Assembly (NCBI GenBank): GCA_051599415.1 | Contig: AP039714.1 | Span: 124,001-188,000, forward strand | DNA: 64,000 nt | Direction: 5' to 3' | From: Savitreella phatthalungensis | Lineage: Eukaryota | In this document: one piece after another, positions 32,117 to 42,418 of the stretch | Layout: every line of letters begins with the position of its first letter | How positions within the stretch are numbered: position 1 is the stretch's first letter | Notes under the pieces: model-generated | Seen by the model: the letters and a program-made list of their open reading frames with translations, nothing else | What the model was told of the DNA's origin: nothing | The model's database searches: none | Position numbers and translations under genes: made by a program

Positions 32117-33994
32117 ATGATCCTGCTTCTTCACCTTCTGGCGAGCGGGGTTGCCGGTGGCGGGGTGCGAGAGGACGGCGCGAAGCTTTGGTGCGGCAAG
32201 GCCTACGAGCCTGGCTTCCCTGCGCTCGACCCTGGCAAACGCTTTCCGATCCCCCGCTCACTCCCACAGCACACCCTCAAGCAGCGGCTCACCTGCACAC
32301 CCACCTACTCAGTCTACTACCCACACATCGATACCCATGTCGATATCCAAGTCACCCACGCACTCACCCCTATCGATCTCGACGCTGCGTCCGCACAACC
32401 AGGTCTCCCGGCCACACTGCTAGAGAACAGCGCTGCGTCTGTCGAGGTAACGGTGGCCGTGGGTGGGAGCGATGTGAGGATGGTAGGATTGCCGCTGTTT
32501 GGGTCTTCGCGTTCGCGGATTGCGCTTGCCGGTGTGAGTAGGGGGGAGGTGGAGGTGAGGTGTTCGGCGACGGTGGTCTTGGGAGGGCAGCCTGTAGCGA
32601 CAACCCACAGACAAGCCACACTGCACTACCTCCCACCTGCGCACAACACCCCACTCGCACGCATCGATGCACGCACCGCATCCACCATCGTCTACAACCC
32701 GCGTGTCCGAAAAACCGGCCACCAGGCGATCTTCCCCTGGGGATTTTACGGCGACGGCGGCAGGCTACGCGCGTCGCTGGCAGACACGGTCGGTCGGCTT
32801 GGTAGCAATGTGGTGCACGCGATTCCCGATGTCGGGGAGGGTGATTTTGATGGATCGTTTGGGGTGGATTTTGTCGAAAGGGTGGTGCGTCCGCTGATGG
32901 ATGGTGAGTTTGCTGGAGCCGAGGACGCGTGGATCATGCCGGACTTCAGGTGGCACTACACCAATCTCACCTCACTCACAGCACAAGCAGCAACCCTCCT
33001 CGCCAGAACCGACAACGCAGCACCAATCCTCACCTGGTACACCGCAGACGAGCCTGACGGCAACACAGACCACCCACACGCCGCTCCTGATGCTGCGCAC
33101 ACACTCCACAATCACATCGATCGCCACCTCCGCAGACCCGTGTCGATCGTGCTGAATTGCAGGGACTATGGGTTTAGTGAGTACGTTGCCGGTGCGGAGA
33201 TTGTGCTGGTGGATCCATACCCGATCGGTGTAGACATGTCGTTCTCGAGGCGGTGGGGAACGCCGTGCAACGAGACGCTCGGTGCGTGCGGGTGCGATGG
33301 GTGTAAGGGCACGATCGTGGACATGTACACGCGAGTGAGCGAAGCGCGTGCTAAGCTTACACTCCTCCCAGGCCGCCAGGCAGCAGTCTGGGCAGTCGCT
33401 CAGGCATTCGATGGGCTGGATGAAAAGCACTGGGACAGGCTGCCCACCCCAACCGACGTCGCAGCCATGAGTGTCGCAGCCATCGTCGCAGGCGCCACAG
33501 GCCAATTGTTCTGGATGCTTCCAGCAGCGTCCCCTCAGGTCGAAGACAAGACGGCAGAGCTTGCAGAAGCCGTCAAGTCTGTTGCTCATGTCATCACCGC
33601 CGGAATCAGGGTTCACGACGGCGACGCAGAGATCTTTGACGGTGTCAGGAACATCGACTGGCGTGTTGATGGGAGGGAGAATGAGCTTGGCATCGTCAAG
33701 GCATCGTGGCTCGCTGGTGATGGGTCTTGCTTGGTTGTTGCGGCAGTGCAGCTTGCTGAAAACTCGGCTGGAGACGATTTCCAGGTACGACTGCCCGACG
33801 TCGCTGGAAGAGATCGACCAATCCTCAACATTGCGTACCCGGCACTCGGATTCGACAAATGCAAGCTCGTCCGGGATGGGAATTCACACCGTCTACAGTG
33901 CACGGGACTGATGTACGAGGACGCCGTGATCGCCTTTGTCACTTGGGATGAGCTGCCACAATCAACGGCACAGGTCGTATTTGCAGGCCCATGA
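32117..33994 (+). CDS. Secreted glycoside-hydrolase-superfamily (TIM-barrel-like) protein of unassigned family
   Basis: Signal-like MILLLHLLASGVAG; CGKAY; WYTADEPDG; LVDPYP; GACGCDGC; WAVAQAF; GATGQLFW. Confidence 0.72.
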   Translation: MILLLHLLASGVAGGGVREDGAKLWCGKAYEPGFPALDPGKRFPIPRSLPQHTLKQRLTCTPTYSVYYPHIDTHVDIQVTHALTPIDLDAASAQPGLPATLLENSAASVEVTVAVGGSDVRMVGLPLFGSSRSRIALAGVSRGEVEVRCSATVVLGGQPVATTHRQATLHYLPPAHNTPLARIDARTASTIVYNPRVRKTGHQAIFPWGFYGDGGRLRASLADTVGRLGSNVVHAIPDVGEGDFDGSFGVDFVERVVRPLMDGEFAGAEDAWIMPDFRWHYTNLTSLTAQAATLLARTDNAAPILTWYTADEPDGNTDHPHAAPDAAHTLHNHIDRHLRRPVSIVLNCRDYGFSEYVAGAEIVLVDPYPIGVDMSFSRRWGTPCNETLGACGCDGCKGTIVDMYTRVSEARAKLTLLPGRQAAVWAVAQAFDGLDEKHWDRLPTPTDVAAMSVAAIVAGATGQLFWMLPAASPQVEDKTAELAEAVKSVAHVITAGIRVHDGDAEIFDGVRNIDWRVDGRENELGIVKASWLAGDGSCLVVAAVQLAENSAGDDFQVRLPDVAGRDRPILNIAYPALGFDKCKLVRDGNSHRLQCTGLMYEDAVIAFVTWDELPQSTAQVVFAGP

Positions 33995-34128
33995 CACATG
34001 AAAAGAGGATGAATATGAATATGAGTTACGTTTGTTCATTCGTTGACTGTCGTGAGGGCGTGTGAGAGGCCATTCTTGGCTGCTGCCGCTGGTATGTGCT
34101 TCTGTCCTGGGAATTGGAGAGTTTTAGC

Positions 34129-35589
34129 TTATGAATCTCTCCGGGAGAGTTGGCCTGTTGTGGTGGAGTTTGCTGGATTAGGAGGTCGCTGCGTGATCTG
34201 GACGAGCCACCAGCGTCGCGAGGAGTCCGTTGCGCCTGCAGACGAAGGGTTCGAAGTTGGCGCGAGCTGCGAGCCTTCGAGGACCCCAGGCTCGCCCACA
34301 CGCTCCTCGATCCGCTCGATCCGGCCAATCAAGAAATCCTTGCCGTCGACTCGGACCTGCCGCATGTCGAGGAAGTAGTGGGGGGCTTGGACGTTGAAGG
34401 CTGCCCAGGCGCCTGATGGTCCGCCATTCCGGGTCGGTAGGAAGAGTGCAAGGTCGCCGACGCTGAAGGAGCGGTAGGAGATCTTCTGGCGCGACTTGTT
34501 ATGTGAGGAGATGTACTTTTTCAACGTATGCGCAAGCGAGTCTGTGTTGGTCGTCAGGAATCGACGATAGGTCTCTTGCTGAGGAGCATCGAATCCATTT
34601 TGGAGAGAGATGTCATCCGGTCCGTGGAATGACGCAGTGCGGGAGAGTGTGCCAAAGATGGACTCGATGTACGTCGGCACGACCTTGACGAGGAACTGCC
34701 TGTATGTGCTGGCATCTGCCTCGAGTGCGAGGATCCGGTGAAGTGCTCGTCTCAGAGCATCCGAGAGACGCTCCTGGACGTCTCGTGCGGGGTCGTCCGC
34801 AGGCAGTCCGAGATGCTCGAGCAGCATGCACAAGTCCACGATCGTCGACGCATCCAATTCTGCCGGTCGAGACAAGCGGCTTTGCAGTCTCCTGGCGAGC
34901 GCCTCCAGGGGGAGTGTGTCATCTGCGTCCGGGCCGAGGAGCGCATTGAGACTCGTCCGATGCCGTCCTTCGTACCCGCTTTCAAGGTTTTGAACGAGCT
35001 GACGAAGGCTTGCTGGAGAGAGTCGATGGACTGTACTCTGCATTGATTGCGTCTCTGGCGAAGGCGATGATTCCGGGGTAGCCTCCTGTGCAATCACACC
35101 CCCAGAGTCGTCACTCCTGTGTCTGTCATGCAGCTGCGACTTGACTGCTGCGCCGATCTCGTCAAACTCGTCCTGCAATTCGGCAAGGCGCGCCTGCAGA
35201 TCGTCTCTTGCTTTTCTAGCAGAGATGAGTTCGCGCTCCAGTTCAGACTTGCCGTCTGTAGTCTCCTTGAGATTGGCGAGGAGGTCTGCCTTGAGCCTGC
35301 GCTCTGCCTCTAGCTCAGTCGACATGCGCCGTATTCTGGCATTGTGTGAATCTGAGGAGAGGATGGGTGAGTATGCAGCAGGTGAGAGTGCGACGGCGTG
35401 ATCGCTTGCTGGTGTTCCGACGGTGACGCCAGGTGGTCGACCGGATTGCTGCTGTGCTAGGAGTAGACCATGTTCTAGCTGTACGCGCTTCTTGCGCTCT
35501 CTATCATACATGAGTTCCAGCTGAGCGATGCGCGACCGCAAGTTGCGCTCCAGATCTGATGATACGGTTGCAGGGGAGTTTGCAGGCAT
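34129..35589 (-). CDS. Coiled-coil protein with Atg11/FIP200 C-terminal (Claw) domain; short, 486 aa
   Basis: KISYRSFSVGDLALFLPTRN...WAAFNVQAPHYFL...IGRIERIEE...NP...RWWLV; N-terminal coiled coils. Confidence 0.82.
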   Translation of the reverse strand: MPANSPATVSSDLERNLRSRIAQLELMYDRERKKRVQLEHGLLLAQQQSGRPPGVTVGTPASDHAVALSPAAYSPILSSDSHNARIRRMSTELEAERRLKADLLANLKETTDGKSELERELISARKARDDLQARLAELQDEFDEIGAAVKSQLHDRHRSDDSGGVIAQEATPESSPSPETQSMQSTVHRLSPASLRQLVQNLESGYEGRHRTSLNALLGPDADDTLPLEALARRLQSRLSRPAELDASTIVDLCMLLEHLGLPADDPARDVQERLSDALRRALHRILALEADASTYRQFLVKVVPTYIESIFGTLSRTASFHGPDDISLQNGFDAPQQETYRRFLTTNTDSLAHTLKKYISSHNKSRQKISYRSFSVGDLALFLPTRNGGPSGAWAAFNVQAPHYFLDMRQVRVDGKDFLIGRIERIEERVGEPGVLEGSQLAPTSNPSSAGATDSSRRWWLVQITQRPPNPANSTTTGQLSRRDS

Positions 35590-35739
35590 GATTATGGCGG
35601 AGTATTATGCTAGTGAGTGTGTATATGGGCTGCGCAGACGGTCAAGTGAATGCGCCTTGGAGTTCTGAAGGAGATTGACTATGATGGAGAGATTGTGATG
35701 ACCCGTTGTTGTGTATAAAGGAGCACTGTTGGTCTACGC

Positions 35740-35862
35740 GTATACGGGTGAGCGTATGTGTATGTGTATATGTGCATGTGCATGTGTGTGTATGTGTATG
35801 GGTACGGGTGTGTACGTGTAAGGGTAAGTGTGTATGTGTACGTATGAGTATGTGGCTATGTG
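35740..35862. repeat. Degenerate (TG/TA)n alternating purine-pyrimidine tract
   Basis: gtatgtgtatgtgtatatgtgcatgtgcatgtgtgtg...; a CA/TA-rich counterpart lies at about 36810-36955. Confidence 0.8.
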
Positions 35863-37109
35863 TAGAGGGCTGGATATTCGGCTGAGTGGAAGTTTGATTC
35901 GATACTTCTGATCTAATCAATATACAGTCGCAGTCTGACCTTCATATGATCTACCAGTCTGATGCTGGTGGAAATGAACATGATTAGAGGAAAGGCTGAA
36001 TTCTAGTGATTTAATTGGCCACTTGATCCAATATTCGATCTAATTTTATAGATGATCAAGTGAGTGAAGCAATATAATCTGTAAACGCAGTGAGTGGTAT
36101 CGAGCAAGTGAGCTAAAAAGCTGACAATACACGTGATTCTCATCTCCAACCATTTACAGTCAGCATGATCTGTACACATAACTATATATGAATACGCAAT
36201 ATATACTCTAGCCACTCGTCATCAGCTGCACATCATCACGCTCTCAGAGTCTACACATAGCATCGCAAACATACACATGCACATGGTCACAGCTGCATCT
36301 ATGATACAGGTGAAATTCCTTGTTCAGTAGGGTGATTGCCTGAGAGCTAGAAATCTATATGATTGGGTCACTCAGAGTTTATTGTGGACATTGGAAAAGG
36401 ACGCATTCTTTTGAACCAGGCGTAACTCGTGCGTCTCGCTAATTCCTCCAGTATAGTCCATATGACTGGCAAATGCCTGGGTCATCAGAAGCTGCCAACT
36501 GAGCATGAGCGAGTGAGAATAGAAGCGAAATCTCGAGCAAGAGTGGAGGTGAAGGAGAATGAAAGGTGCACGTGAATTCCAGTGGCAACAGATCCTCACT
36601 GTGTTATAATCAAAAAGGCCCACCTGTATAGTTAAGATTGAATGTTGAATGTTAGTTTCCAGATCGACCACACATGATACAGTCGGAAGCATGCACAGAG
36701 ACCGATCTTGCTACAGTGGATGATCTCTCTGCAGCTCTGACCAGCCGTGACATGGAGCTACAATAATCGGTTCCCTCAGTAATCCGATCTCTATCCCAAG
36801 TCCCAATGCAACTACACTCACACATATGGACATACACACATATACACACTTAGATTCGATCACATTCACGAAGATGCACAAACACACAGATGTTCATACG
36901 ATCGAATGTATACCCAGACGTAGATGCACATGCACAATCACATGCACAAGCACACTGATGAGGTCTGAGCTCATACATCCTAGTCATCACTATTCCACAG
37001 TCACACCTTTGTCAATACTCACCCGGCCATCCATTGACCAAACAATAACTTCATTGACAGGCCCGAACCTCGTCTCCACATCCACTCAGACGGTCTCAAT
37101 CACCAGGTC

Positions 37110-38557
37110 ATGCCCACTCAGCAAGATCTCGCCAACCTCAGAATCCGTAAAGAGAAGCTCCTCGAGCAAGTTCACCTGATCGACGGCATCCTCAGCAGAG
37201 CTCAGACATCACCTTCGGCAACATTGCAGCCGGCAACAGAGACAGCAGTGGTAGAGAACCAAACAGTCTCAGTGAGAAGAAAGGTGACGGACACGACATC
37301 CTCAGAGTTTCACCCGACCTCATCCTCCAGCCTATCAAGCCAGTCGCAACCACTACCACGGCCGACCTCAATTTCAAATTCCAGTCACACGACACAACTT
37401 CTTCCATGTCCAATTCGCGGTTCTCTGTGGTTGCCCGAGGAGACTTCCATCCTTAGAGATCTCATCACACGCGGAATCAGAGACAGCTCGTCCGTGCACG
37501 GCCTCATCAATCGCTCGCCCGACGCCATCAAGCGCAAATTCAGAAAGGTAAAGCTCTCCGCGTCTGGTTCGACATTGAGGATTCCGCTGACTGTCAGATG
37601 CTCAAGGAAAGCCGGAAGCGCAAACCGACCAAGCATCCCAAATCGAGAAGGGCTCTTGACGACTTGTCAGAAAAGGACACCGCCCTCGAGCTCGCCGCGG
37701 AGACGTTTCCAGTCAGGACACGTGCCAGAGTCCGGAAACTCGAGATGTTCATCGATGACCAGGAAAACTCAGAAAGAAACACGCCAAGAAGCACAAGACA
37801 ATCAGACAGCCTTTCTGGATGTTCGAGAGGTTCTATGACCAATTCTTTGACTTTAGGTCGCGTCACTGCACGCGTACTCATTGAAAGGACAGCTAACACA
37901 CCGACTTCGGGAAACGTCAGGCGGAAACTCAGCCGCGAGAAGCCGACACCTCCGACTCCGACACAAATGACGAGTGCGATACCGACGACAATCAAGATCG
38001 ACCACAAACAGAACGACCTTGCTCGTATACTCTTCCCGCAATCAGATCGCGCAGTGAACTCATTCAATACGCCTCAGCCTCTTGAGCCTCCAGTTTTCAG
38101 CTCTTCGGCAGTCTCCCTCCCAGAGGAATGGGACCGTAAACGAGCAGCATGGAACATCACCAGCAACTCGGCACATACGCTTCCACAGCTCAATCCAGTC
38201 ACGCCAGAACAAGCCAATCTCCTACAACAGACCGCGCCAGAACTACCTGTCAACCCAGACTTACCGACTTGCTCAGTGAGAGCAGCGCAATTGTGCCTAT
38301 CTGGTGCGAATCCCGTGCTACAATCGGATGGCGAGTCTGATCGATGTCATTCACCTCGCCCATCTCACCCAGCTCACCATGTTCTCCCGTCTGTTCCATC
38401 TCTCCCATCTTCGGTCCGAGATTACGAGCCACAGTATCCTATTGATACCATGAGGAACGAGTGCTTGGAAATCCAGCCGCCTCATCTCCATATGCTACCT
38501 CCCTTTGGTTCATTCGACGTGAACAGACCCTATGATAGCGTTCGTCGTAGAAGTTGA
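37110..38557 (+). CDS. Myb/SANT-like domain protein; exons 37110-37547 and 37598-38557 (465 aa)
   Basis: WLPEETSILRDLITRG...INRSPDAIKRKFRK resembles one Myb repeat. A 50-nt phase-0 intron (GTAAAG...GCTGAC..CAG) joins the two track ORFs in frame. Confidence 0.68.
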
Positions 38558-38693
38558 TCATGCCAGAAATACCGAATTGATCACTCTTGCCCCTTTGATC
38601 TTCATCTAATCTTCAATTGAACCAGGTCGTTGAGATGAACCACAGGAGTCGTCTCGACAATGACGCAAGTCAAGTAAGTCTAGACAAGGTCTG

Positions 38694-40593
38694 ATGATCC
38701 CTGTGAAGCGGACAACTGAAACGCGTGATTCGCGAGAGACAACAGAACGCACTCGTCATCGCCGACAGACTCCATCCACGAGCGAGAGGCCGACGCACTC
38801 ATTGGGTAGGCACCAATCCGGCAGAGTTTTATCGAGTTCAACATGCGAGCGATGCACGCGTCTGGAAAGAGAGTGCTCTCGAGATCGTGAGTTCCTTCAG
38901 CTCTATGTGAGATCTTCAAGCTGACGGCGATCAAGTTCCATCATGTACCGCATGCTTCACTGGTTCAGCCGAATGTCGCTATGGCCACATCGACTCATCT
39001 TCGCAATGCATTGTCAAGCTCAGAGTCCCACCGGACCTGCTCAGATCCACATCCATACCCTCCCCTGAGTCACGCAACTACACGCCATCTCTACTGCCGG
39101 AAGGGGCGACCTGGCTCGAGGCTTTGTTGCCAGGTCAGGACCCTACAGAGGTACCAACACTGTTAAGCTTGACACCACGAGAGATTCTTACAGCTTCCGT
39201 CCACTCATGGCGGCCGGCTTTCCAGCTACCATCGCTACAGATCGCCTTGACACTCGCGGAAGCGTTTTTCGCGAGCACAGGAACCGCTTGGCCGGTGCTT
39301 GATCGTCGCGCATTCGAGGACCTTCTCAACTTCAGCTACACGTCCCCGGCCAGTGTCCCGGACGACAAGCTGTACGTCGTCTGTATGGTGATGTCGACCG
39401 CGGCGGCCGCGCTTGAGTGGGCTCACGTCGTTGATCGCCAGCAGCTCGGGAACGATCGACAGGCTTACTACACACAGGCGCAGGAATACGCTCGCAATCT
39501 GACGAGGAAGCGAGATCTCGAGACCCTCGAGGCCGTGCTACTCGAGTGTCTTCATGCGATCTTCGCACCACAGGCCCAGAGCTCGCTCTGGACACTCGTT
39601 GCTCAGGCTGGCAGACATGCGCTCGATCTCGGTCTACACAAGGGCGCAGGAGGCAGTCGCGGAGCGCGGCTATTCTGGACATTCTACACGCTCGATCGCA
39701 CAATCAGCGCAGTTCTCAACCGACCCGTCCTGCTGCGTGAGGAGGACGTGCAAAGGGATCGGAATGAGCTCGTGGTGATCTACAGCGGGGGCGACATAAC
39801 GGATGACGATCGTTGTTCAGCTGTTAATCTGCACTTGCGGAAGCTGTGGCAGCTCAAATGGCAGATGACCACACCGCGCGAAGACCATCTGCAGGACGCG
39901 ATCGTGTGGCACAACGGAACGCCCGCACTTCCGTCCGAAGCAGCCGTCCTCCTCACCCCACTCGATCAGCGCACCTACTACGAGGAGTGTCTGTGTGAGA
40001 TGCAGCTTGACGTGCTAGCCCCGAGTTCTCACGCCGACAAGCCATTCCGCGCACGGCACGCGTCCATGCCAACAGCAGAGGACGTCCTTACCGATAATCT
40101 TGTCGGATGTGCGATTCGCCGCCTAGGTTTGTTTGCGGATCGGCTCGGCATCAGGAAGTATGTGATCACCTGGTGGACGGTGCGATCGGTGTTTTGGGCG
40201 ATTCTGGTCCTGATGCATTGCCTGTCCGAAGAGGCCGTCCTGCGCACAGAGCCCGCTCAGTTGCGCGACATGCTCGGACTGATCGTGCGTCACCTTGAGG
40301 TCATCTCCAGCCGCTGGAATGCGGCCTCAGACATTCAAGCACCACTTGCTCACCTTGTCACACGCTATCTAGCACTCTACATCGATGATGACGCCACTCG
40401 CCCTTCCACTCTCTGCGACAAGGCGATCCGATGGCTCGTGGTCGATGTCAAATCCTGCTACAGCCGAGGCTACCCGCCAGGAGCCGAGAGACTTGCCAGA
40501 GCTCATCCACGAAGCTACACACCGGATCCAGACTATGACACAGTGCTGTCAGTGGCACGCTGGCATGATGAATTACTTCATCTCTTCACTTGA
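38694..40593 (+). CDS. Zn(II)2Cys6 transcription factor with fungal TF middle homology region; exons 38694-38886 and 38936-40593 (5' end uncertain)
   Basis: Removing the 49-nt intron (GTGAGT..GCTGAC..AAG) reconstitutes CERCTRLERECSRDLPSCTACFTGSAEC. Downstream: WPVLDR, ALDLGLH, RLFWTFYTLDR..S..LNRP. Confidence 0.88.
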
Positions 40594-40914
40594 CTCACCC
40601 ACCTGATGGCTAACGCACTTGTCCTTCCTGGAGCTCTTAGGCATATTTTTTTATGCATTCGAATCATCCAATTTTATTCGTCAGCACGTGATTGAATTTT
40701 GTGAATTGAACACATAAATCGTACGTCAATCATTAAATCAATCAACTGCGACAGCCATCAACCCAGCCAACGCTAGCCAGCCAGCAAGCCAGCAAGCAAG
40801 CGAGTAAGTTGTTCATCCACGACCCACGGGCCTTCTCCATTCTTGGCATCATATCACAGCAAAGTGCGCGCGACAAGATAACCGTCTCGATCGACATCAC
40901 ACATATCCGTCGCC

Positions 40915-41543
40915 ATGACCTGGAGAGATGGTAAGTGGCTCTGACCCTAATCCCACCATTCCCCTCGAGCGCGATCATCTAACCTCCCCTGGGTAGAACT
41001 CCAATCGTGGAACTTTTCCGTCTACGGCCAGTGTACGTCCTCCAAAGCCCAAACCTCCTCTAACGCGTGGAAGCTGACTGTATATGCTTCTCAGGGCTCG
41101 GCATTCTGAGTATCATCTTCAACTTGGCCTTTGGCATTGGCAACATCTTCAGTTCCGTTATCATCTTTGGCATCATCGCGATGTATGTCGACTCTCCTCT
41201 TCTACCCGTTGCGTGCTCAGAAAGCTAATCTCCTCTTCAAAGCGTCTTCGGCGTAATCCTGATCTTTGTCGAGATCCCATTCCTCCTCCGAATCTGCCCA
41301 ACAAACCCACGATTCGATGAGAACATCCGCAAGTTCAACAACAACTATCCTCGTGCTGCCCTGTACGTCGTCTTCGCAGCGGTCCTCTGGCTGTCGCTCA
41401 TCATCAAGGCATCGAGTCTCCTAGCAGCAGCAATCCTCATGACTATCACAGCCTTCTGCTACCTCTTTGCAGGCGTCAAGCAGCAGGAGTTCACCCAGAG
41501 CAAGACCCTCGGCGGCGCAGGCCTCGTCCAGATGGTCGTCTAG
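40915..41543 (+). CDS. TVP18: Golgi membrane protein Tvp18; exons 40915-40930, 40997-41032, 41095-41182, 41243-41543
   Basis: Spliced product MTWRDELQSWNFSVYGQWLGILSII...FVEIPFLLRICPT...RAALY...SKTLGGAGLVQMVV; three GT-AG introns with branch points. Not recovered by the ORF track. Confidence 0.93.
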
Positions 41544-41854
41544 ACCGTACAACACTCTCCCACCCTCACACACACACAGAGACACTCTCACCTACATAAA
41601 ACCCCCAGCGCACTATAGGTAGAAGAACAATGATCAAGGTTCCGGACATTGTCGACGTGCATGTGACTCTTACCAATTTAGCTTTCTCTAAAATGATCGC
41701 CTGTGAGTTTAAAAACCGCGTAACTGAACTTCTAAAATCCATACTCCCAAGAATAAACGTCATTCGCTCTCTAACATTTGCGCGCCGCTCCCCGCTTTAT
41801 ATCACACCAGACCTACCTACGCCAATCTACGCAGACAACCTGATCTCCCCAAGC

Positions 41855-42292
41855 ATGCTGCGTGCGCGCATCTCCGTCCTCCAGCTAGCTTCGCGCTCTC
41901 GTGTGGCCTGGTACGCGACGTCTTCTTCCACATCTGATGGGAACGCCGGGAGGAAAGGTCCCTTGACTGGCGGCAAGAAGAAGAAGAGCGGTTCGTCGTC
42001 TGCCGTGCACGATGCCGGTGATGGGAATGCAGGCAGACGCGGACCGCTGACTGGCGGTAACGACGTCCAGGGACTAGAAGGTAGCGATGGAGGACACGCG
42101 ACCCCGCACCGGACCGCCAGCCCAGGAGAGAGCGGGAAGGGAGACGGGGGTTTTGTAGAGCAGGGAGCATCGGCAATCGACGTCGACGGCGGTGCACCAG
42201 ACGCACTCGACAAGGGTCACAACAAGCAGGAGCAGAAGGTCGATTCTGCTTTCTGGGCCAACGACAAGACACAGGGCGCAAAGTCCAACTAG
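41855..42292 (+). CDS. Small hydrophilic Gly-rich protein with mitochondrial presequence and a 13-aa internal repeat
   Basis: MLRARISVLQLASRSRVAWYATSS; DGNAGR[K/R]GPLTGG twice, differing mostly at synonymous sites. Confidence 0.75.
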   Translation: MLRARISVLQLASRSRVAWYATSSSTSDGNAGRKGPLTGGKKKKSGSSSAVHDAGDGNAGRRGPLTGGNDVQGLEGSDGGHATPHRTASPGESGKGDGGFVEQGASAIDVDGGAPDALDKGHNKQEQKVDSAFWANDKTQGAKSN

Positions 42293-42418
42293 GGACGGGG
42301 ATTCTCAAACTTCAAGAGAGCTTGAGACAGTTAGGAGGAGGTTTGATCGTCAAATTAGAGGAAGATTCGATTTCCAACCGCCCATATCGTCCTTGTTAGC
42401 ATGCCATGTCATTAGGAG

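Noticed and set aside
41630..41854. 75-aa N-terminal extension of the 41855 gene in the ORF track (likewise the extensions at 30786, 27611, 13959 and 32036)
   Set aside because: Promoter-like or AT-rich sequence; downstream ATGs give proper targeting peptides or conserved starts
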